DNA of 64,000 nucleotides, taken from assembly GCA_018823045.1 (NCBI GenBank), contig JAHJIX010000013.1, positions 21,125-85,124 on the forward strand, written 5' to 3'. Positions 38,787-50,190 of this stretch are shown piece by piece. Below the pieces are notes generated by a model. The model was given only the letters and a program-made list of their open reading frames with translations. It ran no database searches and was not told the DNA's origin. The position numbers were made by a program, and so were the translations under genes. Origin of the DNA: Patescibacteria group bacterium. GTDB taxonomy: Bacteria; Patescibacteriota; Patescibacteriia; Magasanikbacterales; UBA922. Every line of letters begins with the position of its first letter. The first letter of the stretch is position 1.

Positions 38787-39016
38787 AGCGCGGCAATCTC
38801 ATAATTTCATGCACCAAACAATGGGATTGCTTCGTCGTACCCCCTCGCAATGACGTGGTTCTTTATAATTTACAATGATCATGTGTATATAATTTTTTCG
38901 CCCCACTTCTGATTCTACAGTTGAGAAAAGCCGTGGATAATACCACGGCTTTTCTTGAGAGTATCTGTGAATATATAATTTCTACAAGCATGAGGAAATT
39001 ATACAATAGACAAATT

Positions 39017-39190
39017 ATTACGCAGTGTATTGTTCACTAAAGGATTCATTTGATTCACTACATTCTTGAAAAAATGTTCGTGAACAAAATTCAGATTTTT
39101 TTCCTTTATTGTAAAATGTCACTGGACGATGATATCCCATTACTCGTGTCCATACTTCACATCGTGTACGTTGTGATTCTTTTGGTGCAG
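39017..39190 (-). other. NrdD glycyl-radical C-terminal segment (RCEVWTRVMGYHRPVTFYNKGKKSEF), in frame with nrdD but behind an insert with two stops
   Basis: My own translation. TRVxGY glycyl-radical motif; same reading frame as nrdD; no canonical start codon. Confidence 0.6.
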
Positions 39191-39238
39191 CTACCATATA
39201 TTTTTTTGATAAAAATAATAAATAATAGTATAGGTATT

Positions 39239-41359
39239 TTATTTATGACTCTCACTACTTGTATGCTGTTTTCTAAATTCATGATCTTTTGAATCTGTTT
39301 CTTTAAATCCAAGCTCTTCATCACACACCGGACAAAAGTCAAACTCACCTTTAATATATCCATGCTTTGGACAAATAGAAAATGTAGGAGAAATAGTAAT
39401 GTACGGAAGGTGATAATTTTCTAATGCTTTTTTCACCAAATTTCGACATGCTTCAGGAGTGCTTAAACGTTCACTCATATAACAATGGAATACTGTTCCA
39501 CCGGTATATTTTGTTTGCAACTCATCTTGTAAATCAAGGGCTTCAAATAAATCATCTGTATAACCTACTGGAATTTGAGATGAATTCGTGTAATATGGTG
39601 CTTCTTTTGTGCCTGCTTGTAAAATATCGTCACCAAATCTTTTTTGATCTTCTCGCGCAAAACGATATGTTGTTCCTTCTGCAGGAGTCGCTTCTAAATT
39701 ATATAAATTTCCTGTTTCTTCTTGATATTCTTGCAATTTTTCTCGCATAAAATCAAGAATTTCAAGTGCTAATTTTTGTCCTTCTTTGGTGGTAATATTT
39801 TCTTTATCATCAGTAAAATTTCTAATTGATTCATTTATTCCATTTATACCAATCGTAGAAAAATGACTAGAAAGTGTTCCTAAATAACGTTTTGTGTATG
39901 GAAATAATCCTCGATCCATCCATTTTTGAATTTCTATTCGTTTTAACTCTAATGATGTTTTTGCCAAATCCATCAAATGTCCAAGACGTTCAAAATATGC
40001 TTTTTTATCTCCTTTTTGTGTATATCCAATTCGTGCCGCATTAATGGTGACCACACCAATTGACCCAGTCATTTCTGCAGATCCAAAGAGTCCACCACCA
40101 CGTTTCTTTAATTCTTTTAAATCAAGTTGCAAACGACAGCACATTGAACGGACGTCACTTGGTTTTAAATCTGAATTTAAGAAATTTTGGAAATAGGGCG
40201 TTCCATATTTTGCTGTCATTTCAAACAATGGTAATGCTTTTTCATCTTCCCAATCAAAATCTTTGGTAATATTATACGTTGGAATAGGAAATGTAAAGGT
40301 TCGCCCTTTTGAATCTCCCTTTGTCATGACTTCAATAAATGCTTTGTTAACCAAATCCATTTGGGGTTTTAGCTCACCAAACGTATATGGAAAAATTTTG
40401 CCACCTAAAATCAATTGCTTATCTTTTAAATCATCTGGAACAGTCCAATCAAGTGTAATATTGGTAAATGGTGTTTGTGTTCCCCAACGTGATGGGATGT
40501 TTAGATTAAACACAAATGATTGAATGTTTTGGTACACATAGTCATACACTTTTTTACTGATGTATGCTTCTTTTGCTTCATCACTAGCAAACATCATACC
40601 ATTTTCTTCAATTTCTTCACGTAATTCTAATTCATACTTTTTAACAAATGGGGCCATGTACGTATCAAAACTAGAAAATGCTTGTGCACCTGCCCATTCA
40701 TTTTGAAGTGTTCCTAAAAAATTAATCATTTGTGCCACCGCAGAACTCAAATGTTTTGGCGGGCCTGATTCAATTTTATTTTGCACTCCATTAAATCCTT
40801 CTTCAAGAAGAGCACGAAGACTCCATCCAGCACAATATCCTGAAAACATATCCAAATCATGTACGTGAAAATCTCCATTTCTATGTGTATCACCTACTGA
40901 CTGTGGCAAGATATGACTCAACCAATAATTTGCAGTCACTTTTCCTGATGTATTTAAAATCATTCCACCAAGAGAATATCCTTGATTTGAATTTGCGTTC
41001 ACGCGCCAATCCAATTTATCTAAATATTCTGAAACGGTTTTTCCTACTTCAACAATAACATTTTTTTGTTTGCGATCTTCCCCATGCTTTGCTCGGTATA
41101 AAATGTATGCCTTTGCTGCTGCAACGTATTCTTGTTTAATCAACACCTCTTCAACAATATCTTGCAATTGCTCTACCATTGGAACACTATCTGCATACAA
41201 TTCTTCCGCTTTTTTATATACATCTTTTGCAACGGTACGTGCAATACTCATGTCATCTGTTCCTGTTGCTTGCAAAGCAGCATATATTGCCTGCTCAATC
41301 TTTTTAATATCAAAATCAACAATAGCACCATTACGTTTTTGAATTTTGTGGAGGGGCAT
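39239..41359 (-). CDS. nrdD: anaerobic ribonucleoside-triphosphate reductase (class III RNR) lacking the terminal glycyl-radical motif in this ORF
   Basis: ATP-cone N-terminus, NrdD core, C-terminal Zn-ribbon CPKHGYIKGEFDFCPVC; ORF ends 30 aa after the ribbon. Confidence 0.9.
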   Translation of the reverse strand: MPLHKIQKRNGAIVDFDIKKIEQAIYAALQATGTDDMSIARTVAKDVYKKAEELYADSVPMVEQLQDIVEEVLIKQEYVAAAKAYILYRAKHGEDRKQKNVIVEVGKTVSEYLDKLDWRVNANSNQGYSLGGMILNTSGKVTANYWLSHILPQSVGDTHRNGDFHVHDLDMFSGYCAGWSLRALLEEGFNGVQNKIESGPPKHLSSAVAQMINFLGTLQNEWAGAQAFSSFDTYMAPFVKKYELELREEIEENGMMFASDEAKEAYISKKVYDYVYQNIQSFVFNLNIPSRWGTQTPFTNITLDWTVPDDLKDKQLILGGKIFPYTFGELKPQMDLVNKAFIEVMTKGDSKGRTFTFPIPTYNITKDFDWEDEKALPLFEMTAKYGTPYFQNFLNSDLKPSDVRSMCCRLQLDLKELKKRGGGLFGSAEMTGSIGVVTINAARIGYTQKGDKKAYFERLGHLMDLAKTSLELKRIEIQKWMDRGLFPYTKRYLGTLSSHFSTIGINGINESIRNFTDDKENITTKEGQKLALEILDFMREKLQEYQEETGNLYNLEATPAEGTTYRFAREDQKRFGDDILQAGTKEAPYYTNSSQIPVGYTDDLFEALDLQDELQTKYTGGTVFHCYMSERLSTPEACRNLVKKALENYHLPYITISPTFSICPKHGYIKGEFDFCPVCDEELGFKETDSKDHEFRKQHTSSESHK

Positions 41360-41506
41360 AATGTAAACAAATTAAATGAAGGATATATTAAGTAAGACCC
41401 ATCCAAGATAGCTGAGGAATTCCTTCCAATCAGTTCTAGATTTCTGTTGTTTCTTACATATATAATAGCACGTTTTTTCCACCAAAACAAAATTGGCTAA
41501 ACAAAC

Positions 41507-41531
41507 GAAAAACCGGCACTTTTGCCGGTTT
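41507..41531 (-). terminator. intrinsic terminator after the gpmI-like gene
   Basis: aaccggca-cttt-tgccggtt hairpin. Confidence 0.65.
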
Positions 41532-41550
41532 AGCTGTGGATAAATTGTGG

Positions 41551-43050
41551 TTAAAATAATGAGTGCCCCACCATATGTTGTGGTTTGTCAAGCTTTTTAT
41601 AAAAAAGAAGAGATGGGGCTATATCTAGCAAAGAACCACTTGGAGGCGCTAATCGCATGTTCCCTTCTGGAACATCACCATACCGTAATGCCTGACCACG
41701 AAAGACCTCTGCGATACATAAAACGGGAACAGTTTCACTCAAATCATGTGCATTAAATGAACCAACAATCATGTGTAATCCACCCAAAGATAACACATGC
41801 TCACTCACCCGATGAATATACTCATCAAGAATAGTATATGCATCATCAATGACATGTTGATCATGTGTGGCAATACAATCATCAAGATATTGCATTGAAA
41901 CCATAAGTACTCCATCAACAAGCTCACTTTGCATAATAACTTTTTTCATTAACATATCAACATGCTTGCGTAAACGAACCAAAGGATCTAAACCAATCTC
42001 CGGCATATCAATCATATGATGTTCATACTCCGTTTGCAAAACTCCTTCTGAGGTATGTAACCGTCCCAGAAGTAAAGGATATCCTTTCCCATCACTAATA
42101 TATGCTTGTGCAATATTATGCTCACGTAAAACATCTAATAAAGTGTCTGTATGTAATGGTCCAGACCATAATACTTTTGCCGGAATACCTTGTGCATATG
42201 ATACCAAGGTATACCCTGAACGAAACATCTGATCATCAACTTGTGTATGCACAGAAGATGGAACAAAACACAATTTAACCAATTGCGCAGTGTGTGCTCT
42301 TTTTGTATCAAAAAATAAAACAATATCACCTGAATGATATGCAGGACTATCCTGCGTCATGACTGGCGGAAGTGTTTCAAGTGTATATTCTTTTTCTAAT
42401 AAAAGACGCACAAAATCAAGTAATTTTGCTGATCGCGTTTCTTCTGCATCCCGATTAAATATGCCATCATATGCACGTTGCGTTCTTTCCCAATGATTAC
42501 TTGCATCACAACCATATCGACTTCCAACAACCGTCCCAATTTGTATTCCATCCATATCTTGAATAGCGGCAAGTGTTAAAAGAAAACGATCCATTGTTAA
42601 CAATTCATCTGAAGCAATAACAATATGAACAACAATTGCCGTTGTAATTTCTTTTATTTCTCTTGTTTGCATAAAACAACGTATCCGTCGTAATAACGCT
42701 TCCGTTTCTAAAGAAAGCGACACAATCATATGCACTGTATTTTTCGATTCTTTTATTTCTCTAAACAAATGATCAACTGCAGGTAATGACCAAAATGATT
42801 CATTATGAATTACATAATCTATCATATAATTTATAGGAGAAACACCTGTACCAATACTTGTATAGCCCAAAGCAACATTTCCTTCTCGAAGAGCACTTAC
42901 CCCTAACCCAACTCCACTTGCATGAAGTATCCCAGCAGGATATTCTTGAATATAATTCGCTATATGTTTTTTTGTATCAAAACGTGGCGCCTGTTCTTTC
43001 ACATCAATACCCCATCCATCAACAATAGTAAGTACCGTTGGTTGTATCAT
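41551..43050 (-). CDS. iPGM-like paralog with degenerate active site (probable pseudo-enzyme or divergent phosphomutase)
   Basis: N-terminal TIVDGWGI resembles iPGM. The catalytic Ser region (GNSEVGH) is replaced by REGNVALGY, and ADHGN by GSFNAHD. Confidence 0.6.
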   Translation of the reverse strand: MIQPTVLTIVDGWGIDVKEQAPRFDTKKHIANYIQEYPAGILHASGVGLGVSALREGNVALGYTSIGTGVSPINYMIDYVIHNESFWSLPAVDHLFREIKESKNTVHMIVSLSLETEALLRRIRCFMQTREIKEITTAIVVHIVIASDELLTMDRFLLTLAAIQDMDGIQIGTVVGSRYGCDASNHWERTQRAYDGIFNRDAEETRSAKLLDFVRLLLEKEYTLETLPPVMTQDSPAYHSGDIVLFFDTKRAHTAQLVKLCFVPSSVHTQVDDQMFRSGYTLVSYAQGIPAKVLWSGPLHTDTLLDVLREHNIAQAYISDGKGYPLLLGRLHTSEGVLQTEYEHHMIDMPEIGLDPLVRLRKHVDMLMKKVIMQSELVDGVLMVSMQYLDDCIATHDQHVIDDAYTILDEYIHRVSEHVLSLGGLHMIVGSFNAHDLSETVPVLCIAEVFRGQALRYGDVPEGNMRLAPPSGSLLDIAPSLLFYKKLDKPQHMVGHSLF

Positions 43051-43051
43051 A

Positions 43052-44626
43052 TTACATCATTAATGATTTTCCTGTCATTTCTTTTGGTTTAGGTATATCT
43101 AATACATCTAATACCGTTGGTGCAATATCTGCTAATATTCCTTTTGCACGTAACCGTTTATGTACTACTGGCTCAGAAACAATAATACATGGCACAGGAT
43201 TTGTTGTATGTTCAGTTAATACGGCTCCTGTTTGCTTATTCACCATTTGTTCAGCATTACCATGATCTGCAATAATCATTAAAGTACCCCCCACTTTTTT
43301 TATTTGTGTCACTAATCGTTTTATTTGTGTATCAACAACATGCACTGCTTTTTTTGCCGCCTCAATATTTCCTGTATGGCCAACCATATCAACATTAGGA
43401 TAATTCACGCAAATAAATTGATACGTATTTTTTTCAAGTGATGTCAAAATAACATCCGTAATTTCTTTCGCTTTCATTTGCGGATAATCGGCATATGAAT
43501 CATGACCCGATGAAGAAATGAGTTTTCGATCCTCTCCGTTGACAATATCAGCGTGTCCACCATTCATAAAATACGTCACATGTGCATATTTTTCAGTTTC
43601 TGAAATATACAACTGCTTCATATGATCACCCAACACTTGTGGCAAGGTATTAACCAAATCAGCACTAGGAAATGCAGTAAAAATATCCGGTAGGTCAGGA
43701 CCAAAATCAGTCATCGCTACAAAACGAATGTTTTTAGGACGCTTTGTTCGGGTAAATGCTCCTGGATTCATTTTTTTAAATTGAGGTTGCACAAATGCTT
43801 TGGTAATCTGTCGTGCACGATCACTTCTTGCATTAAAAAATAAAATAACATCATTATCTTGTATAGGCCCAACAGGTTTCTTTCCATCATAAACAACTGT
43901 TGGTTGAATAAACTCATCAGTTTCTCCTCGACTATATGCTTGAGCAATCGCTTCTTCAGCTGAATGCATATGACAAATTCCCTTTCCAAGCACCATTGCC
44001 TCATAAGCTTTTTTTGTTCTCTCCCAAATTTTATTGCGATCCATTGCATACAAACGCCCCATCACTGTTGCAATTTTTTCGTGTGGCTGCATGTGTTTAC
44101 GCAATTCTTTTAAATAGGTTACCGCTTCATGTGGTGGAGAGTCTCGCCCATCAGTAAACACATGAACATATACCTTGTTCACTTTTTCTTGACGACATAA
44201 TTTTAACAATGCATAGAGATGTTTTGGAGATGCATGAGCACTTTGCCCATTAGTCAACAAACCCATAATGTGCACCGCTGTATTATATTTTTTTGCATGA
44301 TATATAGCTTGCTTACATGCTTCATTTTTAAAAAAAGTTCCATCTTCAATTGCTTCAGTGATATGAACTAAATCTTGTTTAACAATTCGACCAGCACCAA
44401 TATTTAAATGTCCAGCTTCTGAATTTCCTTCTTGATCTTTAAATAAACCAACAGCCTTTCCATGCGCAGCAACAACTGTCGTTGGATATTCTTTCATGAG
44501 CCCATACAAATATGGAGCCGTTTCTTTTGTAATGGCATTTCCATCTTTTGCATGTTCATTTAAACCAAAACCATCAAGGATAGCTAATACCAATGGTGCT
44601 GTCGTTTCTTTTGTCGTCTGCTTCAT
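43052..44626 (-). CDS. gpmI: 2,3-bisphosphoglycerate-independent phosphoglycerate mutase
   Basis: LAILDGFGL, GNSEAGHLNIGAGR, TDGRDSPP, ADHGNAE, TEHTTNPVP; 524 aa. Confidence 0.92.
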   Translation of the reverse strand: MKQTTKETTAPLVLAILDGFGLNEHAKDGNAITKETAPYLYGLMKEYPTTVVAAHGKAVGLFKDQEGNSEAGHLNIGAGRIVKQDLVHITEAIEDGTFFKNEACKQAIYHAKKYNTAVHIMGLLTNGQSAHASPKHLYALLKLCRQEKVNKVYVHVFTDGRDSPPHEAVTYLKELRKHMQPHEKIATVMGRLYAMDRNKIWERTKKAYEAMVLGKGICHMHSAEEAIAQAYSRGETDEFIQPTVVYDGKKPVGPIQDNDVILFFNARSDRARQITKAFVQPQFKKMNPGAFTRTKRPKNIRFVAMTDFGPDLPDIFTAFPSADLVNTLPQVLGDHMKQLYISETEKYAHVTYFMNGGHADIVNGEDRKLISSSGHDSYADYPQMKAKEITDVILTSLEKNTYQFICVNYPNVDMVGHTGNIEAAKKAVHVVDTQIKRLVTQIKKVGGTLMIIADHGNAEQMVNKQTGAVLTEHTTNPVPCIIVSEPVVHKRLRAKGILADIAPTVLDVLDIPKPKEMTGKSLMM

Positions 44627-44637
44627 ATAAATATATA

Positions 44638-45807
44638 TTATTGTAACTTGAGCCCAGCACTTGTATAATTATTTGACGCATTCCATAGTAACCAACCACC
44701 ATCACTATATGCTTCTACTTGATCAATTTGCTCTCGAATTTTTGCTCCATCATAGTATGCACCAATATGAAATGCTTGAATCCAAGGACGCGCTTCTGCA
44801 CGATGTCCTTCAAAATATGGTGCCCCTTTTCTCATACCATTTTCAATCACAGCACCAGGATATGCAGCTGGATTTGCTAAATTTAAATGCCCTGGAGGAT
44901 AATGAGATGGATACATCATCGGACAAATATAATCAACATGGTCCACTGCATCTTCTAAACGCTGTCCAATTGAAATACCATCATGACGCTCCATCACAAA
45001 GCCAAACATATCTAGAGAGATATGAATCGGCTCATCTTGTAATTCTTCATCTAAATAGGAAAAAAAGTCTCCCATAACCTCATAAAGTTTTCTCTCACCA
45101 TTGGTGTAAGCAATTGCGCGCATATTTCCATCAGAAGGAAAACGAACATAATCAAAATTCACTTCATCAAAACCAAATGACGCTGCCTCTTTTGCAATGG
45201 CCACATTATATTCCCAAACATGCTCATTACTCGGATCTACCCAAGACAACCCCATATTATCATACCATAAACCACCCGAATGGTTATGAATGGCCCAATC
45301 AGGTCTATTTCTTGCAAGTGCAGGATCTTGAAACACGGTTTGCCGTGCAATCACATAAATACCATGCTCATGAAATTTTTCAATTGTAGCGGTAATGTCA
45401 CGTAAACGATTATCTTCAACACCCATTTCATTTACTAACTCAACATCACTATCATACAAAATATATCCACTATAATCTTTAATATCAATGACCACTGCAT
45501 TTAATTCTGTTTGATCAATTAAGGCAATCATACGATCAACGGTCTTTTGTGACCCCGCTGAATACGCAGTTAAATAAATACCTTTTGCTTCTATCTTTTC
45601 TGGTTTTGCACGTGGAGGTGCTACTTCATGGAGTATTGCTGCTTGGTTAAATGCGATATAGCTCTCTGCAATTTGATTATTAAGCTCTTGTACATATATC
45701 TGTGTTTGCAAGCTACTTTGCCAAATAAATAAAATAGCCAACAATCCACACACTGATACAATAAACCACGGTATTATTTTTGATTTCATATACCCATATA
45801 ATAACAA
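44638..45807 (-). CDS. putative glycoside-hydrolase-like TIM-barrel protein (GHL/DUF4015-type), membrane anchored
   Basis: N-terminal TM; conserved VVIDIKD, GFDEVNFDYVRFP motifs. Confidence 0.55.
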   Translation of the reverse strand: MLLYGYMKSKIIPWFIVSVCGLLAILFIWQSSLQTQIYVQELNNQIAESYIAFNQAAILHEVAPPRAKPEKIEAKGIYLTAYSAGSQKTVDRMIALIDQTELNAVVIDIKDYSGYILYDSDVELVNEMGVEDNRLRDITATIEKFHEHGIYVIARQTVFQDPALARNRPDWAIHNHSGGLWYDNMGLSWVDPSNEHVWEYNVAIAKEAASFGFDEVNFDYVRFPSDGNMRAIAYTNGERKLYEVMGDFFSYLDEELQDEPIHISLDMFGFVMERHDGISIGQRLEDAVDHVDYICPMMYPSHYPPGHLNLANPAAYPGAVIENGMRKGAPYFEGHRAEARPWIQAFHIGAYYDGAKIREQIDQVEAYSDGGWLLWNASNNYTSAGLKLQ

Positions 45808-45829
45808 AAAAACAACATATACTCAATGC

Positions 45830-46453
45830 TTATACCAATCCAACATCTTCTGCAATAATTAATTCACCTTGTCTCAAAATAGATATATGATCAGGATCAA
45901 CACGAACAATCGTTGAAGGTGCTTTATGTGATAATGTACCTGCATCAATTAATATATCAGGTTGGTGTTCTTTCCCCGCAAACATACTTTTTATGTCATC
46001 AACATCGTACGGACTATCAAGAGATGCTATATTTGCAGAACTTGACACTAATGGCACACCCAATGTTGCCACCAATTCATGAGCCAAAGGATGACTGGTT
46101 ACTCGAAACGCAATCGTCTCTGTTTCATGAATAATTCCTTTAGCAAGAGCAGTATCTGCATGTACTGAAGCAACCACCGTCAAAGGTCCTGGCCAATACA
46201 TCTGCGCTAATTGATCAAGTAAGGGATTCCAAATAACATATTCTTTTGCCATAGCGATATCAGCCATAAGCACAAGCATTGTTTTTCCTTGCTGTCTTTC
46301 TTTTATCGCAAATAACTGATCAACCGCTTTTTGATTGGTTGCATCACAACCAAGCCCATAACAGGTCTCTGTTGGATACACAATAGTTTTTCCTCGCTTC
46401 AATTCTTTTATCAAATCAGAAATATCACATTGTTCTTCTTCAATATATTTCAT
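45830..46453 (-). CDS. tsaC: L-threonylcarbamoyladenylate synthase (YrdC/Sua5 family)
   Basis: YPTETCYGLGCDATN YrdC signature; 207 aa. Confidence 0.85.
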   Translation of the reverse strand: MKYIEEEQCDISDLIKELKRGKTIVYPTETCYGLGCDATNQKAVDQLFAIKERQQGKTMLVLMADIAMAKEYVIWNPLLDQLAQMYWPGPLTVVASVHADTALAKGIIHETETIAFRVTSHPLAHELVATLGVPLVSSSANIASLDSPYDVDDIKSMFAGKEHQPDILIDAGTLSHKAPSTIVRVDPDHISILRQGELIIAEDVGLV

Positions 46454-46456
46454 ATA

Positions 46457-47632
46457 TTATTCTTTTATCAAACGAAGGTATGCATAGACAAATGGATCAA
46501 GCTCTCCATCAAGTACGGCATCAGTATCAACAGTCTCATGTTTTGTTCGTGCATCTTTTACCATTTTGTACGGATGCAAGACATATGATCTGATTTGATT
46601 GCCCCACTCTGCTGTTTTATGTTCTCCACGTAAACTTTGCCTTTTTTCTTCTTCTGCTTTTTCTTGTAGTATTTGTAATTTTGACTGTAATACACGCAAA
46701 GCCGTTTCCTTATTTTGTATTTGTGATCGTTCATTTTGACACGACACCGTTATCCCTGTTGGAATATGAACAACGCGCACTGCAGAATAAGTTGTGTTCA
46801 CACTTTGACCACCCTTTCCACTCGACATAAAGGTATCAATACGTAATTCTTTTGGATCAATCTCAACAGCTCCTGCACTATCAATTTCAGGAGTCACTTC
46901 AATTGAGGCAAACGAAGTATGACGCATAGACTCAGCATCAAACGGAGAAATACGCACCAAACGATGAACCCCATGCTCTGCCTTCATGTGTCCATACGCA
47001 AACTCTCCAACAATCCGAATCGTCGCTGACTTTATCCCAACTTCTGTCCCACGTGATTCATCAAGCAATGTAGTCTTCCATCCTTTTTTCTCAGCATAGC
47101 GCATAACCATTCTTCGAAGCATTTCTGCCCAATCTTGCGCTTCTGTCCCCCCGGCTCCCGCAGCAAAAGAAACAATAGCCGCATGATCATCATAGCGCCC
47201 ATCAAATAATGTTTTGTCTTCAAGTTTGGCTACTTTCTTTTGAAGTAATTTTGCTTGCGTAAGCATTTCAGTAAAATCTTTTGAATCTTCATCGCTTAAC
47301 TCAACTAAAGATTGAATATCTTTGCTATCTCGCACAATCTGCTCTACTTCGGCTACTTCATTTTGTAATACAGTCAAACGCTGACCTTTTTTCGTTGCAA
47401 TATCTGGAGTATCCCAAATAGAAGCCTCAGATAATGCTGCTTCAAGTAGTGGAATCTCTTTTTTCTTCTCTTCAATACGAAGCAAGGTATAAATAGTTTT
47501 ACCCTTTTCCCCTAATTCTTGTAATAAAGATACTACTTCATGTTTATCCATATAGCCTATATTATACTCAATCAAGCGAAAAAAAGCAAGAAAATCATAT
47601 AAAAAACACTCTTTGGGACTACTAGTTGACAA
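46457..47632 (-). CDS. prfB: peptide chain release factor 2
   Basis: GGQ motif and SPF tripeptide (RF2 specificity). Contiguous ORF, no programmed frameshift seen; probable true start MDKHEVV near 47552. Confidence 0.88.
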   Translation of the reverse strand: MSTSSPKECFLYDFLAFFRLIEYNIGYMDKHEVVSLLQELGEKGKTIYTLLRIEEKKKEIPLLEAALSEASIWDTPDIATKKGQRLTVLQNEVAEVEQIVRDSKDIQSLVELSDEDSKDFTEMLTQAKLLQKKVAKLEDKTLFDGRYDDHAAIVSFAAGAGGTEAQDWAEMLRRMVMRYAEKKGWKTTLLDESRGTEVGIKSATIRIVGEFAYGHMKAEHGVHRLVRISPFDAESMRHTSFASIEVTPEIDSAGAVEIDPKELRIDTFMSSGKGGQSVNTTYSAVRVVHIPTGITVSCQNERSQIQNKETALRVLQSKLQILQEKAEEEKRQSLRGEHKTAEWGNQIRSYVLHPYKMVKDARTKHETVDTDAVLDGELDPFVYAYLRLIKE

Positions 47633-47654
47633 AAAGGCTAAAATGTGCTATACT
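47626..47654 (+). promoter_or_regulatory. sigma70-type promoter (TTGACA-17-TATACT) for lipoprotein gene 47739
   Basis: TTGACA 47626-47631; TATACT 47649-47654. Confidence 0.5.
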
Positions 47655-47738
47655 GAGCCGTTATTTTAGTAGATGAGCCCTTAATCCTTAGGGTAACATC
47701 TCAACATAACACTTGTTCACTACAAGAAAGGAGTCGTC

Positions 47739-48392
47739 ATGACTCGCATCGTCATCATCCTTACCATCCTTCTCTCCACCTTCTCCGCTTGTATGGAGAT
47801 TGATGTGGAGCGAATTGAAGAAACCAAAACCCTTCGCCAAGATAGCGAAGAAGCAGTCAATTTGTCATATGGTATTTATACTTGTGATGATTATACCTAT
47901 TGCTATTATAATGGAGAATCTTGGTGCTTCTCAAATTCAGATATCCTCGATATATTTGATGAAGAAATACAAGTTGTTTCTTCTAGAGAAATGAACTTTT
48001 TGACTACTATAGCAAAAAGTTATATCGATGAACCAGGAGCACTATTTCAATTACCAAATGGGATCATTTACATGGTCCAAACGAGTATGTATAAAGGCAT
48101 ACTCATGGTGCACGAAATTGTGGATCCCGAAGTTGCCCTTGAGTGCTTTCAATTAGAAGATGAACCCATCTTCCAAGCTCCCGATGAGTTTGTGGAAATA
48201 TTCGAAAAAGTCAGTTACCCATATGAGATAACTGATACCGATTGCTCAGGGATGATCCCTGCCCTCAAATGCCACTTTGGTGTAGAGTGGACAATCTCCA
48301 CCTGCACCAACGGTCTAGATGATGACTGCGATGGCCTCCTCGATGAGGATGAGCCTGATTGCGCTCACTTGTTTGTTGAAGAGGACCCTTAA
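47739..48392 (+). CDS. hypothetical lipoprotein with acidic Cys-rich C-terminus
   Basis: Signal/lipobox LSTFSAC; C-terminal CTNGLDDDCDGLLDEDEPDC. Confidence 0.55.
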   Translation: MTRIVIILTILLSTFSACMEIDVERIEETKTLRQDSEEAVNLSYGIYTCDDYTYCYYNGESWCFSNSDILDIFDEEIQVVSSREMNFLTTIAKSYIDEPGALFQLPNGIIYMVQTSMYKGILMVHEIVDPEVALECFQLEDEPIFQAPDEFVEIFEKVSYPYEITDTDCSGMIPALKCHFGVEWTISTCTNGLDDDCDGLLDEDEPDCAHLFVEEDP

Positions 48393-48443
48393 CCCAATAT
48401 ATTACTTTTTATGAAAAAGAACTATATTGGGTTCTTTTTTTTG
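48392..48443 (+). terminator. long-stem intrinsic terminator
   Basis: aacccaatata ... tatattgggtt, then T8. Confidence 0.65.
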
Positions 48444-48514
48444 TTAATTTTTCAAAAGAAAAAGACACCCACATAAACGGATGTCTTTTTATATTTTTTA
48501 TATTTTTTATATTA

Positions 48515-50176
<1,662 letters not shown>

Positions 50177-50190
50177 TCATTCGTACAATA

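Noticed and set aside
39050-39363. ORF-track ORFs 39050..39292 (+) and 39157..39363 (-) in the nrdD 3' region
   Set aside because: The frames do not match the NrdD glycyl-radical segment, which lies in the nrdD frame at 39017..39190. These are AT-rich spurious ORFs.
41360-41506. NrdR box upstream of nrdD
   Set aside because: An AT-rich segment (gctattatatatgtaag) loosely resembles NrdR operators, but the match is weak and no nrdR gene is visible in the window.
46457-47632. Programmed +1 frameshift site in prfB
   Set aside because: I looked for the CUU-UGA-C shifty site near codon 25 as in E. coli RF2. The ORF is continuous with no in-frame UGA, so this RF2 appears to be frameshift-independent.
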